A DNA stretch of 64,000 bases from an uncultured Nitrospinota bacterium (GTDB lineage: Bacteria > Tectomicrobia > Entotheonellia > J063 > CAVPRW01), in assembly GCA_963707985.1 (NCBI GenBank), contig CAVPRW010000024.1, forward strand, positions 64,001 through 128,000. Direction: 5' to 3'. The notes beneath the pieces were generated by a model. It saw only the letters and a list, made by a program, of their open reading frames with translations, did not search any database and was not told the origin of the DNA. Shown here piece after piece: positions 1-11,951 of the stretch; positions within the stretch are counted from its first letter, which is position 1; the number at the start of each line of letters is the position of its first letter. Made by a program: the position numbers and the translations under genes.

Positions 1-359
1 AGTTGTATGTCTATTGCTTCCATATATCGGTTACTTGAGCAGAGGGAATTAACGGGTATCGACGCGCGAGTGCTTTCTTGTCGCTAGGCGTGTTCATAGC
101 TGGCGGTATAATCTCCGCCGTTCCGCAGGGATCGTCGCAGAGGAGAGTTGAGAGAAGGGAGCTTGCATACACCGCCTGGAGACACTAGCAATCAACTATG
201 TGTCACTGTACAGTAGTTTGGGCGTGATTACTAGTCGTTTCTTAGGTGAAGAGCCAATTGGCCTCATGGTGCGCTGACACGAGGCGACAACCTGATTTCG
301 GTTTTCGGATGAGGGTTAGTTCATTACCACGAGGTTCTAACGCAAGAGGAGGAAGCGAA

Positions 360-1514
360 GTGGAACATCCATCCGAGCAGCCGATAATGCGCTGCACTCG
401 TTGCAGCAAACCCTATGAAGTGGAGGAACGGTGTTGGAAGTGTAACTGTGGAGGCACCTTGGATCTACTGCTACCATGGTTGCGTTTCTCGCCGAACCTC
501 GTACAGCATCGCCCCCCGAACTTCTGGCGCTACCGCGAGGCACTACCACCGCTTACCACCCAAGTCTCCCTTGGTGAGAGTATGACACCCTTGATCTCTA
601 TCGATCATCGTGGCCGAGATATCTGGCTCAAATGTGATTATCTATTGCCAACCGGCTCTTATAAGGACCGTGGTGCGGCAATACTTATGAGTCAGCTACA
701 GTCCATGGATGTCCGGCATGTGGTAGAGGACTCATCGGGAAATGCGGCGGCTTCGCTGGCAGCATATGCAGCTCGGGCCGGGATTGACATCGAGGTGTTT
801 TGCCCTGCCTCTGCTTCTCCGGGGAAATTGGCGCAGATCAAACTTTATGGGGCGCAACTTCGTTTGATCGAGGGACCTCGACAGCGGACAACAGAGGCAC
901 TCGAACAGCATGTCGCAGCGACCGGAGATTTCTATGCCTCCCACCTGTGGCATCCGTATTTTCTTGCAGGGGTCAAAACCATGGCCTATGAGATCACCGA
1001 GCAAAATGGTTGGCGGGCACCTGATGTGATCATCTGCCCGGTGGGAGCCGGGAGCATCCTACTGGGGCTGTATAAGGGGTTTACCGAGTTGCAACGAGCT
1101 GGTGTCATCGAGCGTCTGCCCCGTCTTTTCGCCGCACAGGCAGCGAACATTTGTCCAGTCTATCAGGCATACGAACGCCAAGACACCGATGTGCCTGCCA
1201 TGGCAGCCTCAGGCCCAACGCTGGCTGAGGGGATTGCCCTGCCGTGTCCGGTGCGCGGCGTTCAACTGCTACAGGCTTTGCGGGAGACCAAGGGCGGAGT
1301 CGCAGCGGTGTCAGAGAAAGAGATTCGAGAAGGTCTTGCCATACTCGGGCGCTGCGGTATCTGTGTCGAACCGACATCAGCTGTGGTAGTAAAGGCGCTG
1401 GAGCACCTTGAAGATGCTGGGATGATACATGCCGATGAGCAGGTGGTCTTGGTGCTCTCAGGCTTTGGGTTAAAGGCAGGGCTAATCCTGCAAGAATTGG
1501 CGAACGCAGGATGA
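360..1514 (+). CDS. thrC: Threonine synthase-like PLP enzyme (paralog 1)
   Basis: PLP-lysine motif PTGSYKDRG, SSGNA, PVGAGS and EPTSA motifs; N-terminal CxxC..CxC. GTG at 360 follows GAGGAGG; ATG at 387 is an alternative start. Confidence 0.8.
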   Translation: MEHPSEQPIMRCTRCSKPYEVEERCWKCNCGGTLDLLLPWLRFSPNLVQHRPPNFWRYREALPPLTTQVSLGESMTPLISIDHRGRDIWLKCDYLLPTGSYKDRGAAILMSQLQSMDVRHVVEDSSGNAAASLAAYAARAGIDIEVFCPASASPGKLAQIKLYGAQLRLIEGPRQRTTEALEQHVAATGDFYASHLWHPYFLAGVKTMAYEITEQNGWRAPDVIICPVGAGSILLGLYKGFTELQRAGVIERLPRLFAAQAANICPVYQAYERQDTDVPAMAASGPTLAEGIALPCPVRGVQLLQALRETKGGVAAVSEKEIREGLAILGRCGICVEPTSAVVVKALEHLEDAGMIHADEQVVLVLSGFGLKAGLILQELANAG

Positions 1515-1728
1515 ACTCGGGGGCAACGAATTAAAGTCGACCCGTTTAGGACAACACACCTGGTAGCTCCGCCACGAGTGAGGCACAGTTGTCGAGTCAG
1601 TGCCAGGGCGACGTGTCCGTCCGGCAGGTGGGGCAGTACAGGGTCATCTCGACGAAGCACCCAAATGGTGGAGCGGTCATCGAACGCTTCTGTGGGTATG
1701 ACCATGAGGCTATGCAGCGATCAGATTT

Positions 1729-1785
1729 GCCTATTATTTGATCAAAGAAACAGCGACCTGACCCCTACTGCTCACTTTGGCAGCA
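1729..1785 (+). promoter_or_regulatory. Putative bEBP (NtrC-like) upstream activator sites for urtA
   Basis: GCCTATTATTTG (1729-1740) and 17-bp TGC-N11-GCA (1769-1785); a near-identical box lies at the same distance from the sigma54 motif at 35930. Confidence 0.45.
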
Positions 1786-1862
1786 AATATCGATCAAGTG
1801 CGGAGCAAGATTGCGCCCCAAAAATCCCGTGTGACAAGGTGTTGGCTGCATTGTATCGAGGC

Positions 1863-1877
1863 TGGCACGTTTCTTGG
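1863..1877 (+). promoter_or_regulatory. Putative sigma54 -24/-12 promoter of the urt-ure operon
   Basis: TGGCACGTTTCTTGG: perfect -24 TGGCAC and N10 spacing, but -12 is TTGG instead of TTGC. Confidence 0.5.
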
Positions 1878-1962
1878 GTAACAAAAAACCTTGCTCTGGC
1901 CAAGGCGCAAGAATTGCGCACATATCGATCGCTCCTACACACGTCACGGAGGCTGACCACGT

Positions 1963-3298
1963 ATGATACACGTACTAAGGTTGAGAAGCCTACTCGCAGG
2001 GAGTATTGCCGTCGTGCTGGGCATGTTATTAGGCTTTGTCAGCCAACCATTGGGCCATGCCTGGGCAGCTGAGCCCATTAAGGTCGGGATCTTGCACTCA
2101 TTGAGCGGCACCATGGCGATCAGCGAGACACCTATCAAAGAGGTCGTGCTGATGGCCATCGATGAAATTAACAAATCCGGTGGTGTCCTCGGCCGACCTG
2201 TAGAGGCTGTCATTGAAGACCCCGCTTCGAACTGGGATCTCTTCGCGGAAAAATCCAAGAAGTTGCTTCAGCAAGATAAGGTAGCAACGGTTTTTGGTTG
2301 CTGGACGTCGGTAAGCCGTAAATCGGTTCTTCCGGTGTTCGAGCAATATAATGGCCTCTTGTTCTACCCGGTCCAGTATGAGGGTGAGGAATGCTCCAAG
2401 AATGTCATCTACACCGGGGCCACGATTAACCAGCAGGCGACGCCGGCAGTGGATTATCTCATGAGCCCGGATGGCGGCGGCAAGAAACGCTTCTATCTGG
2501 TCGGCACCGACTATGTCTACCCTCGCACCACCAACAAGATTCTTCGCTCTATACTTAACCAAGGCCAAAGATGTCAAGGAAGCGGACATCATGGAGGAGT
2601 ACACACCCTTCCACCACCAGGATTATCAAACCATCGTGGGCAAGATCAAGAGCTTCTGCGCTGGCGGCGATGCGGCGGTCATCAACACCATCAATGGCGA
2701 CAGCAACGTGCCATTCTTCAAAGAACTGGCCAATCAGGGGGTTACGGCAGACAAGTGCCCGACGATTTCTTTCAGCTTCGCTGAGGTGGAGTTGCAAACC
2801 CTCGACGTCAAACCATTGGTTGGGCATCTGGCTTCGTGGAACTACTTCATGTCCATGAAGACGCCTCAGAACGTCAAGTGGGTCAAGGCCTATCAAGAGT
2901 GGTGTAAGAAGCAGGGAATCGCCGACAAACAGTGCGTTACCGATGATCCCATGATGCATGCATATATCCATGTCAAACTGTGGGCCAAAGCAGTGGAGCA
3001 GGCGGGCTCGACAGATGTCGAGCCCGTGCTCAAAGCCCTGGAGGGGCTGGAGATCGACAGCCCCGTAGGCAAATACAAGGTTGATGAGAAGAACCACCAT
3101 ACCTGGAAACCCGTCTATATCGGGAAAATTCGCGAGGATGGCCAATTTGATATCGTCTGGCGAACCAAGGAATGGGTGGCACCGGAGCCTTGGAGTGCGC
3201 TGACCTATCCTGGACGTGCCTGTGACTGGAGTGGAGACGGCAAGGGCACGTTTGACCTGGTAGAGGGGAAGCGCGCCTGGGTCTCTGAAAGTCGCTAG
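1963..3298 (+). CDS. urtA: Urea ABC transporter substrate-binding protein (one frameshift near 2560)
   Basis: [59 protein letters not shown]. Split between ORFs 1963..2784 and 2471..3298. Confidence 0.9.
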
Positions 3299-3390
3299 AC
3301 ATCTTGCCCTGCTGGCTGCTAAGATGTATCTCCTTTTCACCCGGCGAGGAAGTCTCGGAGCGGAAGTGAGGAGAGGAGTTCAGAAGGCGG

Positions 3391-5027
3391 ATGTTTGGCC
3401 AAATCTACGGACGGGTGTGGACTCTGCTGGCGTTGATCATCCTCAGTGGGGGTGTCGGCGGAGCCCATGCCGCCTCTGTCGACGCCTATGCCACAGCAAT
3501 TGCCAGGGCCGATCAGCAACGTCAGGCGTTGGAGCAGATGCATGAGCTGGCTGATCCCACCTTCAAGGCTGTTCTTATGGCTCTGAAGGAAGGGGCATTA
3601 TACACCTGGCAGGGGCACCTCCTGATCCTGAACGACTCGGGTGCGTTTCAAGATCTCGCAGGGACAGCTCATGCTTGACGCCTCGGGCCAGCCATTCCTA
3701 CCGGATGATGCCGTCGCAGGTGCCCTTGGAAGAGGGCAACGCTTCCTCTGTTGCAGCGGGTGCTGGATGTGATTAGCCTGACCGACGCGGACCCCAAAGT
3801 GCGCAGAGCCGCGGCACTGAAATTTGGCAATGTGCGCGACCCAGCCGGTGTGGGGCTGATCGAGAAGCACTCATACCCTTGAAGGTGATCCGAGCGTCCG
3901 CCCGGTGACTGATCGAGGCCCTCAATAAACTGAAGCTCTTCCACCCAGACCCCCAGATACGCCGCCAGACGGTAGAGCATATTGCGGCGACCCGTGCCGA
4001 GTCAGCTCTTGCTCTGCTCAAAAGCCTCGTCGAGCAGGAACAGGATATCGCCGTGCACCAGGCCATGCAACAAACCATCACCTCGATCGAAGGCTATCTA
4101 CGCCTACGAAATCTCATCGGTTATATGTTCAATGGCATCAGCCTTGCCTCGATCCTGCTGATGATGAGCCTGGGGTTGGCAATTACCTTCGGCTTGATGG
4201 GGGTCATCAATATGGCTCATGGTGAGATGCTCATGCTGGGCTCATATACCGCCTATCTTGTCCAGGAATCTTTCGCCGTATACGCTCCTGCCTACCTCGA
4301 TTATTTTTTCTTTGCGGCGTTGCCGCTATCGCTCTTGGTGGTAGGGGTCGTGGGATTGTGTTTGGAACAAGGTCTGCTGCGCTTCCTCTACGGTCGTCCC
4401 TTGGAGAGCCTTCTGGTGACCTGGGGCATCGGCTTGATCCTCCAGCAGGGTGTCCGCCTCTCCCTGGGTGACCAGACCAGCGTCAACTCCCCCACCTGGT
4501 TTCGCGGCGGTTGGGAGGTATTACCTGGCCTCGTCTTGCCATACAGCCGCCTGTTTATTGTCATGCTATCTTTGTTCAGTGTCACCGGCGTGTACTGGTT
4601 GCTCTACCGCTCCACTGCCGGACTGAAGGTCAGAGCTGTGATGCAAAACCGAGATATTGCCTGCTGCATGGGTATTGCGGCCCGCCGTATCGACGCGCTT
4701 ACGTTTGCCATGGGAGCGGCGCTAGCGGGTCTGGCGGGTTGTGCTCTGAGTCTGATCGGTACGGTCGATCCTGAGGTCGGCAAAACCTATATCGTGGACT
4801 CGTTTATGGTGGTCGTTCTGGGCGGCGTCGGGAAGATCCTGGGAACGGTGTTGGCTTCTCTCGGTCTCGGCATGTCGAATAAGCTCCTGGAGCCTGCCAT
4901 CAGCGGAACAGCAGGCGCGGTATATGCGAAGGTGGGAATTTTGCTGCTCGTCATTGTCTTCTTACAGCTGCGGCCCACTGGTCTTTTCCCGCCCAGAGAG
5001 CGAGCCTCCGAAGCCATGACACGCTAA
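3391..5027 (+). CDS. urtB: Urea ABC transporter permease with N-terminal HEAT-like extension (several frameshifts in 3670-3910)
   Basis: GLAITFGLMGVINMAHGE, LYGRPLESLLVTWG, YIVDSFMVVVLGGVG; position after urtA. Confidence 0.88.
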
Positions 5028-5029
5028 CG

Positions 5030-6184
5030 ATGAGGGGAAAGGAGTTGACAGCAGGAAGAGCGGGGAAACGTACGTGGCTGGCCGAAGCGATGTTGGTGAT
5101 TCTGCTGATTGTTGTCCTGCCGCTCATCAATGGGATGGGGTTCCTGTCCGACTATTACCTGAATCTGTGCGGGAAATACCTCGCACTGGCGATCTTGGCC
5201 CTGGGTATGGACTTGATCTGGGGCTATAGCGGCATTTTGAGTCTGGGACAGGCTGTATTCTTCGGTCTCGGCGCCTATGCCATGGGCATGTATTTGATGC
5301 TGGGGTCGAGCGGGCGGGGAGTGTACGGTGAACCCATCCCCGACTTTATGGTCTGGAACCGTGTTCTGGAGCTTCCGCTGTTTTGGAAGCCCTTTCAATA
5401 TTTCCCCTTCGCCGTGCTTACGGCCCTGTTGTTGCCTGCCCTCGTCGCCACTGTCATCGGATTGTTGACCTTTCGCCGCCGCGTCAGCGGGACGTATTTC
5501 GCCATCCTGACTCAGGCCATGGCCTATGCGGCATGGTTACTGTTCAATCGCAATGAGCTCAATCTGGGTGGGACGAACGGGCTCACCGATTTTAAACGTC
5601 TCCTGGGGTTTTCGTTGAGCGACCCTGGGACGTTGCGCGGACTCTATATGGTGACAGCCGTCGGTCTGGTCGGCAGCTTTATACTCTGTCGCTGGCTGGT
5701 GGGCTCAAAGATGGGGCTCGTGCTGACGGCAATTCGCGATCAGGAGCGGCGCCTGCAGTTTTTAGGCTATCCCGTCGCCCACTATAAGATTTTCATTTTT
5801 GCGCTGGCAGGGATGCTCTCAGGACTGGCTGGTGCCCTTTATGTCACGCAAGTGGGTATTATCACGCCAAGCCAGATCGGTGTGCTGCCCTCGCTGGAGA
5901 TCGTTGTCTGGGTGGCGACTGGTGGTCGGGGGACGCTCGTCGGGGCCATTCTCGGCGCCATTGGTATTAACGCCGCGCGTAGTCTGTTGACCGCCCATTA
6001 CCCAGAGTGGTGGCCGATCATCCTGGGAGGATTATTCGTCGGCGTCGTCATGTTGTTCCCCGACGGTCTGGCTGGCCTCCCCGGCCAGTTCCAACGCTGG
6101 GGGCGTCGGTTGCGATGGCGACGCCTCACGCCTGCGCCTATCCCACCATCCACGGTCAGCCCAGGTTTGACGAGTCAGCAGTAA
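5030..6184 (+). CDS. urtC: Urea ABC transporter permease
   Basis: DLIWGYSGILSLGQ, PDFMVWN, GGTNGLTDFK, VVWVATGGRGTL. Confidence 0.92.
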   Translation: MRGKELTAGRAGKRTWLAEAMLVILLIVVLPLINGMGFLSDYYLNLCGKYLALAILALGMDLIWGYSGILSLGQAVFFGLGAYAMGMYLMLGSSGRGVYGEPIPDFMVWNRVLELPLFWKPFQYFPFAVLTALLLPALVATVIGLLTFRRRVSGTYFAILTQAMAYAAWLLFNRNELNLGGTNGLTDFKRLLGFSLSDPGTLRGLYMVTAVGLVGSFILCRWLVGSKMGLVLTAIRDQERRLQFLGYPVAHYKIFIFALAGMLSGLAGALYVTQVGIITPSQIGVLPSLEIVVWVATGGRGTLVGAILGAIGINAARSLLTAHYPEWWPIILGGLFVGVVMLFPDGLAGLPGQFQRWGRRLRWRRLTPAPIPPSTVSPGLTSQQ

Positions 6185-6222
6185 CATGGATTTACAATCA
6201 CCCCGAGGAGTGGAGGCATCGC

Positions 6223-7002
6223 ATGACACAACATGGGTCCATCGTCTACCTGGAGGGTGTCTCGGTCACCTTCGATGGCTTCATGGCCCTGCGTGGGGTG
6301 AATCTGTACCTCGATCATGGAGAGCTCCGAGCCCTCATCGGCCCGAACGGCGCCGGCAAAACGACCTTACTCGATGTCATCTGCGGCCAGGTAAAGCCCG
6401 ACACCGGGCGCGTGATTTTCGGCGACGCGACCGATTTGAGCGGGCTCGAGTCGTATCAAATCGCGGCCCTGGGCATCGGCCGCAAATTTCAGACGCCCTC
6501 GGTGTTCAAACATCTCACCTTGCTTGAAAATCTGACACTGTCTCTCCCCCAACGCTGGTCTCTCTGGTCCACGTTGTTTGGCGCGCCGACAACGGCAGAA
6601 CTCGATAAGATGGCGTCAATTCTGGAGACCCTTGGCCTGCTTGAGAAGGCCCATCACAAGGCGGGATCGTTGTCCCATGGGGAGGTACAATGGCTGGAGA
6701 TCGGTATGGTGATGACACAAGATCCAGCCTTACTCCTGCTCGATGAACCGGTCGCGGGTATGACCGGGACAGAACGTGAGAAAACCGCCCAACTCCTGCA
6801 ACGCATGGCGCAAGACCACGCCGTTCTGGTCGTCGAGCATGATATGGAATTTGTGCGGCAGACCGCCCAGAAGGTCACGGTCTTGCACGAGGGGGCCGTT
6901 TTGTGCGAGGGCTCCGTCGACCGAGTGCAACACGATCCTCGAGTGATCGAGGTCTATTTGGGAAGGGGATATCACGCAGATGCTCACGGTGCAGGGGCTT
7001 AG
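6223..7002 (+). CDS. urtD: Urea ABC transporter ATP-binding protein
   Basis: GPNGAGKT, GIGRKFQTP, LSHGEVQWLEIGM, LLLDEPVAGM; ATG 6223 follows GGAGG. Confidence 0.92.
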   Translation: MTQHGSIVYLEGVSVTFDGFMALRGVNLYLDHGELRALIGPNGAGKTTLLDVICGQVKPDTGRVIFGDATDLSGLESYQIAALGIGRKFQTPSVFKHLTLLENLTLSLPQRWSLWSTLFGAPTTAELDKMASILETLGLLEKAHHKAGSLSHGEVQWLEIGMVMTQDPALLLLDEPVAGMTGTEREKTAQLLQRMAQDHAVLVVEHDMEFVRQTAQKVTVLHEGAVLCEGSVDRVQHDPRVIEVYLGRGYHADAHGAGA

Positions 7003-7675
7003 TGTCGGCTATGGTGATAGTCAGATCCTCTGGGACGTTCACTTGCACATCCCCAAAGGCCGAGTTGTCTGCTTGATGGGACGAAATGGCGTGGGCAAAA
7101 CCACGCTCTTGAAAAGTCTGATGGGTCTGCTGCCCACACAGACGGGCGGCATCATGTTCGATGGGCAGGAGATCACCCGTATCCGCCCCGAACAGCGAGC
7201 GCGGCGCGGTATGGGCTACGTACCGCAAGGGCGAGAGATCTTCCCGCAATTAACCGTGCTGGAAAATCTCAGCCTTGGGTTATTGGCCCAAAAGGGCCGC
7301 CAGAGCAGGGTCCCGGACACTGTGTTTGAACTCTTTCCGGCGCTGTCGGGCCTACTCAATCGCAAAGGCGGGTTCCTCAGCGGCGGGCAGCAACAGCAAC
7401 TGGCGATCGCTCGGGCGTTGGTGACTGAGCCGAAGCTCTTGCTCCTGGACGAGCCGACTGAGGGGATTCAACCGTCGATCATTCAGGAGATCGAAGAGGT
7501 CATCGTGCGGATTAAGGCGCAAGGCCAGGTCACGATATTACTAGTCGAGCAATATCTGGAATTCGCTTGGCGACTGGCGGATGCGTATTATATGATGCAG
7601 AAGGGATCGATCGTCGCCCACGGCGACATCGCCGACCTCAGCGGGGACGTCGTGAAACAGTATCTGACTGTCTAA
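6980..7675 (+). CDS. urtE: Urea ABC transporter ATP-binding protein
   Basis: GRNGVGKT, YVPQGREIFP, LSGGQQQQLAIARAL, LDEPTEGIQPSII. Confidence 0.92.
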   Translation: MLTVQGLSVGYGDSQILWDVHLHIPKGRVVCLMGRNGVGKTTLLKSLMGLLPTQTGGIMFDGQEITRIRPEQRARRGMGYVPQGREIFPQLTVLENLSLGLLAQKGRQSRVPDTVFELFPALSGLLNRKGGFLSGGQQQQLAIARALVTEPKLLLLDEPTEGIQPSIIQEIEEVIVRIKAQGQVTILLVEQYLEFAWRLADAYYMMQKGSIVAHGDIADLSGDVVKQYLTV

Positions 7676-7717
7676 GGGGGCAGCCTTGCGGTTCCTGAGC
7701 GTCCTGGGGAAGTTATC

Positions 7718-8020
7718 ATGCACCTGACTCCGCGAGAGATCGAAAAGCTCCTGATCTTCACCGCAGCCGATGTGGCGCGCCGACGGCAGCAGCGCGGTCT
7801 CAAGCTCAACTACCCCGAGGCGATGGCTCTGATCACTGCAGAAATCCTTGAGGGAGTGCGCGACGGCCGATCGGTGGCCGATCTGATGCAGTATGGTGCC
7901 ACCATCTTAACACGCGACGATGTGATGGATGGGGTACCTGAGATGATTCGTGAGATGCAGGTGGAGGGCACGTTCCCCGATGGTACGAAGCTGATCACCG
8001 TACATGATCCAATTCGCTAA
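7718..8020 (+). CDS. ureA: Urease gamma subunit
   Basis: [11 protein letters not shown]...KLNYPEA...[19 protein letters not shown]. Confidence 0.97.
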   Translation: MHLTPREIEKLLIFTAADVARRRQQRGLKLNYPEAMALITAEILEGVRDGRSVADLMQYGATILTRDDVMDGVPEMIREMQVEGTFPDGTKLITVHDPIR

Positions 8021-8069
8021 CGTCTTGATCCCACTCCGCTGGAGGAGGGAGTGGAGGCAGGAGTCGCAT

Positions 8070-8468
8070 GTGGTCCCTGGAGAGATTTTCTACCATGACG
8101 AACCCATCACCGCAAACGTCGGTCGTCCAACGCTCACGCTACAGGTGACCAACCGGGGCGATCGCCCCATCCAGGTGGGCTCCCACTTTCATTTCTTTGA
8201 AGTGAACCCGGCACTAGATTTCGACCGACGGCAAGCCTATGGTATGCGGCTGGATATCCCCGCCGGTACGGCGGTGCGCTTCGAGCCAGGGATGCACAAG
8301 ACGGTGACGCTGGTAGCACTTGCCGGCCGTCGTCGGGTGTTCGGTCTCAATCAGTTAGTGGAAGGCAATCTGGACGATCCGCTGGTATTGCATGCAGCGC
8401 AGGCACGGCTTGCGCGCTTCCTCGATGACTCCTCGATAGCCCGCCATACCCCAGAGGGTTCAACATGA
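8070..8468 (+). CDS. ureB: Urease beta subunit
   Basis: [32 protein letters not shown]; in-frame GTG start at 8070. Confidence 0.95.
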   Translation: MVPGEIFYHDEPITANVGRPTLTLQVTNRGDRPIQVGSHFHFFEVNPALDFDRRQAYGMRLDIPAGTAVRFEPGMHKTVTLVALAGRRRVFGLNQLVEGNLDDPLVLHAAQARLARFLDDSSIARHTPEGST

Positions 8469-10183
8469 GCCTGCGCATACCGCGTCACATCTATGTCGAT
8501 CATTACGGCCCGACTGTTGGCGACCGGGTGCGTCTGGCCGACACCGAGCTGATTATCGAAGTGGAGCGTGATTGCACGGTCTATGGTGATGAAGTCAAAT
8601 TCGGTGGCGGTAAGGTGATCCGCGACGGCATGGGGCAGTCCCCCGAAGCTACCAGTGCCCAGGGTGTGCCTGATCTGGTGATCACGAACGCGCTCATCAT
8701 CGATTACTGGGGGATTGTCAAAGCCGATGTGGCTATTAAGGAAGGGAAGATCGTCGGCATCGGCAAAGCGGGCAATCGCAATCTGATGGACGGGGTCACG
8801 CCGGGTATGGAGATCGGCGCCAGTACCGAGATCCTGGCTGGCGAGGGGCACATTCTCACCGCTGGCGGTATCGATGCGCACATTCATTTCATCGCCCCGC
8901 AACAAATTCATGAAGCCCTGTATAGCGGCATCACTACTATGATCGGTGGTGGCACCGGGCCAGCGACCGGCACCAATGCCACCACGTGTACCCCTGGGCC
9001 TTGGAACATTGCGCGCATGTACGAAGCGGTTGAGGCCTTCCCGCTGAATTTCGGCTTTTTGGGGAAAGGTAACGCCGGGCGCCCCGAGCCGCTCGTAGAG
9101 CAGATTCGCGCTGGAGCTATGGGGCTCAAGCTTCACGAAGATTGGGGCACGACGCCGGCAGCCATCGACTGCTGCCTAGCCGTCGCAGATCAGTACGATG
9201 TCCAGGTGGCGATCCATACCGACACGCTGAACGAGTCCGGGTTCGTTGAGCGCACGGTAGCAGCATTCAAAGGACGCACCATTCATACCTATCACTCCGA
9301 GGGCGCCGGGGGTGGACATGCCCCCGACATCCTCAAGGTGTGCTCCTATCCCAATGTGCTCCCATCCTCCACGAATCCCACTATGCCCTTCACCGTCAAC
9401 ACCATGGATGAGCATCTGGATATGTTGATGGTGTGCCATCATTTGGATTCGGACATTCCCGAAGACGTGGCCTTCGCGGAATCGCGCATCCGGGCCGAGA
9501 CCATCGCCGCGGAGGATGTCCTACATGACCTGGGAGCCATCAGCATGATGTCGTCGGACTCCCAGGCCATGGGTCGGGTAGGTGAGGTAATTTGTCGCAC
9601 CTGGCAAACCGCGAGCAAAATGAAGGAACAACGCGGGCCGCTACCGCAGGACTCGACACGCCATGACAATAGCCGCGTCAAACGCTATTTGGCCAAGTAT
9701 ACGATCAATCCCGCCATCACCCATGGCATCAGCGCCTATGTTGGGTCTGTCGAGGTCGGAAAAGTTGCCGACTTGGTGCTGTGGAAGCCGCCATTCTTCG
9801 GAGTGAAGCCCGAGCTCATTATCAAAGGCGGGTTCATCGCCGCTGCCGCTATGGGCGATCCGAATGCCTCCATTCCGACCCCGCAACCGGTGTTCTATCG
9901 TCCGATGTTTGGAGGGTTTGGTCAGGTAATTAGCCGTATCTCCTGTCACTTCGTCTCAGCGCTGTCATTGACAGAAGGCCATGTAGGGCGGCATGGCTTA
10001 ACTAAACCGCTGCTCCCAGTACAGAGTTGCCGTCAATTGACCAAAACGGATATGCGTGGTAATAACTATCTGCCTCGGCTTCAGGTCAACCCTGAGACTT
10101 ATGAGGTATCCATCGACGGCGAACGGGTGAGCTGCGAGGCGGCGCAGCGCCTGCCATTGGCGCAGCGGTACTTTTTGTTTTAG
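8465..10183 (+). CDS. ureC: Urease alpha subunit
   Basis: Ni ligands intact: [49 protein letters not shown]; ends AQRYFLF. Confidence 0.98.
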   Translation: MSLRIPRHIYVDHYGPTVGDRVRLADTELIIEVERDCTVYGDEVKFGGGKVIRDGMGQSPEATSAQGVPDLVITNALIIDYWGIVKADVAIKEGKIVGIGKAGNRNLMDGVTPGMEIGASTEILAGEGHILTAGGIDAHIHFIAPQQIHEALYSGITTMIGGGTGPATGTNATTCTPGPWNIARMYEAVEAFPLNFGFLGKGNAGRPEPLVEQIRAGAMGLKLHEDWGTTPAAIDCCLAVADQYDVQVAIHTDTLNESGFVERTVAAFKGRTIHTYHSEGAGGGHAPDILKVCSYPNVLPSSTNPTMPFTVNTMDEHLDMLMVCHHLDSDIPEDVAFAESRIRAETIAAEDVLHDLGAISMMSSDSQAMGRVGEVICRTWQTASKMKEQRGPLPQDSTRHDNSRVKRYLAKYTINPAITHGISAYVGSVEVGKVADLVLWKPPFFGVKPELIIKGGFIAAAAMGDPNASIPTPQPVFYRPMFGGFGQVISRISCHFVSALSLTEGHVGRHGLTKPLLPVQSCRQLTKTDMRGNNYLPRLQVNPETYEVSIDGERVSCEAAQRLPLAQRYFLF

Positions 10184-10184
10184 G

Positions 10185-10345
10185 TGCGTGCAATAGCGTC
10201 TGCCGTGCTGACCAGACCACTGCTGAGCAGACCTGTATCATCATTGACGGGCTGGCGCTGATATGGGAACGACGGCAGCAGGGTCACTCGAGCCCACACG
10301 AATGCCTTTCACACCGCTCGGTGTAACGTCAGGGCATCGGCATAT
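10185..10345 (+). pseudogene. ureE: Internally deleted ureE remnant
   Basis: Occupies the ureE slot between ureC and ureF. Encodes IIIDGLALIWERRQQGH (UreE N-terminal-like), joined in another frame to TRMPFTPLGVTSGHRH (UreE C-terminal-like with His tail). Only about 160 bp. Confidence 0.5.
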
Positions 10346-11050
10346 ATGGCGGAAATCTCCTCCCCTCCTCTGCAATTCTTGGCGCTGCTGCAGTTGTGCG
10401 ATACCGGATTGCCAACGGGGGCGTATGCGTTTTCAAGTGGACTCGAGACCTATACCCAGCAGGGGCTCATGCCTGCGGTTGCGACACTGCAAGCGTGGAT
10501 GGAAGCGGTCTTGCATCACACGATACACGGCAGCCACCTGCTGCCGGTAGCCCTTGCCTACCGAGCCACGACTGGTCGGGATTGGGCACAGCTTGAACGC
10601 CTCGATCAGCACCTGACGGCGATGAAGCACGCACGAGAGCTACGTGAGGCGAGCGTGAAGACAGGACGGGGGTTACTCCGGCTGGCGGTTCAAGTCTGGC
10701 CGGGGCCCGATGTTGAACGTCTGTACCGGCTTTCCCAGCAGCATAAGGTGGCAGGTCACATGGCCCTGGTGTTGGGAGTGATCGGGTGTCAACTGGGATA
10801 CGAAGAAAAGATCATCGTCGAGGGGGCCGGGTATCAGTGGCTCAGCAGTGTGATATCAGCCGCCTTACGCCTGCTACCCATCGGACAGTTGGCCGGGCAA
10901 CAATTGCTCACAACGCTCCTCCCACATCTCCCCGCCATCGCCGAAGACATTCGCCAACAGAGCTGGGATGACCTGTCCAGTGCAGCTCCGGAGTTCGACA
11001 TTCGCGCCATGCAGCACGAAACATTGTACAGTCGGCTGTTTCAAAGCTAA
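10346..11050 (+). CDS. ureF: Urease accessory protein UreF
   Basis: LLQLCDTGLPTGAYAFSSGLE ... AMQHETLYSRLFQS. Confidence 0.95.
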   Translation: MAEISSPPLQFLALLQLCDTGLPTGAYAFSSGLETYTQQGLMPAVATLQAWMEAVLHHTIHGSHLLPVALAYRATTGRDWAQLERLDQHLTAMKHARELREASVKTGRGLLRLAVQVWPGPDVERLYRLSQQHKVAGHMALVLGVIGCQLGYEEKIIVEGAGYQWLSSVISAALRLLPIGQLAGQQLLTTLLPHLPAIAEDIRQQSWDDLSSAAPEFDIRAMQHETLYSRLFQS

Positions 11051-11164
11051 CGTTTCCTTTCACTGGACGAGAGTGAGGGTACGGAATGGGACCACAGAGC
11101 CCGTGGATTTACCCCCTTTACCTATGGGAGAGGAAGAAGCCGAGGGCAAGCGGGGAGGCTCCAT

Positions 11165-11299
11165 ATGCCAAACACCTACGTCAAAATCGGTGTCGGCGGG
11201 CCGGTGCGCTCGTGGAAAACCGCCTTGCTCGATACCCTCTGCAAATGCCTGCGTGAGCGCTACGACATAGCTGTCATCACCAATGGTGACTGGATATGA
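11165..11299 (+). pseudogene. ureG: Truncated duplicate of the ureG 5' end
   Basis: [27 protein letters not shown]...AVITN, close to the start of 12875..13510; P-loop GSGKT altered to RSWKT; stops after 44 codons. Confidence 0.85.
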
Positions 11300-11951
11300 A
11301 GCATAGAGCCCGCCGAATCGTCCCTTTTCGTCAAAGGGACGATTCGGCCGAGTGACGCATACAGACCAAGGTGCATCTGTCCCAAACGGGTTAGCTTTAC
11401 TCCCCATTCTTTAGCGCGTGGTCTTGGCGAATCGGGCACACACCTCAGACCAGCACTCCCTCGCACTGGAGGCCGTCGGGCGCTTTGCTGGCGGTCGCCC
11501 CCACCATGGTGGTATTGTGGCGGCTGGTGTGCGGTGCAAGGTACGATGCAGGCTGTCCAGCGGACGCGCCACACTCGTGGGCGTGACTCTTCTCTTAAAT
11601 GGACACCATTCCTGATGATCGGGGGGTTCCGCTCATCTCGCGGCCCGTTAGGTTCCCTTGCCAATAGTCCCTGCAAATCATAAGGCAATAATGACCCATG
11701 AAGCGTTTGGTAGCCCACTTCACCATAACACTTGCTGCACCCATCCTGGTCGAAGATAGGCGAGGTGCCATACACGCTTTCAAGGTTGCGCACGACGCAT
11801 ACTAAGACGCATACTAAGTTGAGGTAACGTGGGGGGAGAAAACATTTCGTCCTGCATAGGGAAGCCGGGTTCGCGCAGGCCTTGTGACGGAATATCCCGC
11901 CTAAATATCTCTGTGAGTCAGCCAGAAACGGAGCTTTATCCGGAAGGCGCA

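Noticed and set aside
2540..2580. Programmed frameshift in urtA
   Set aside because: No slippery sequence, and similar indels are scattered through unrelated genes; more likely a sequencing error.
6007..6222. Long N-terminal extensions in the ORF track (urtD, also ureB, ABC-F, SBP, trtA, BrnT)
   Set aside because: They overlap upstream genes or promoters; downstream starts have a better RBS and match family lengths.
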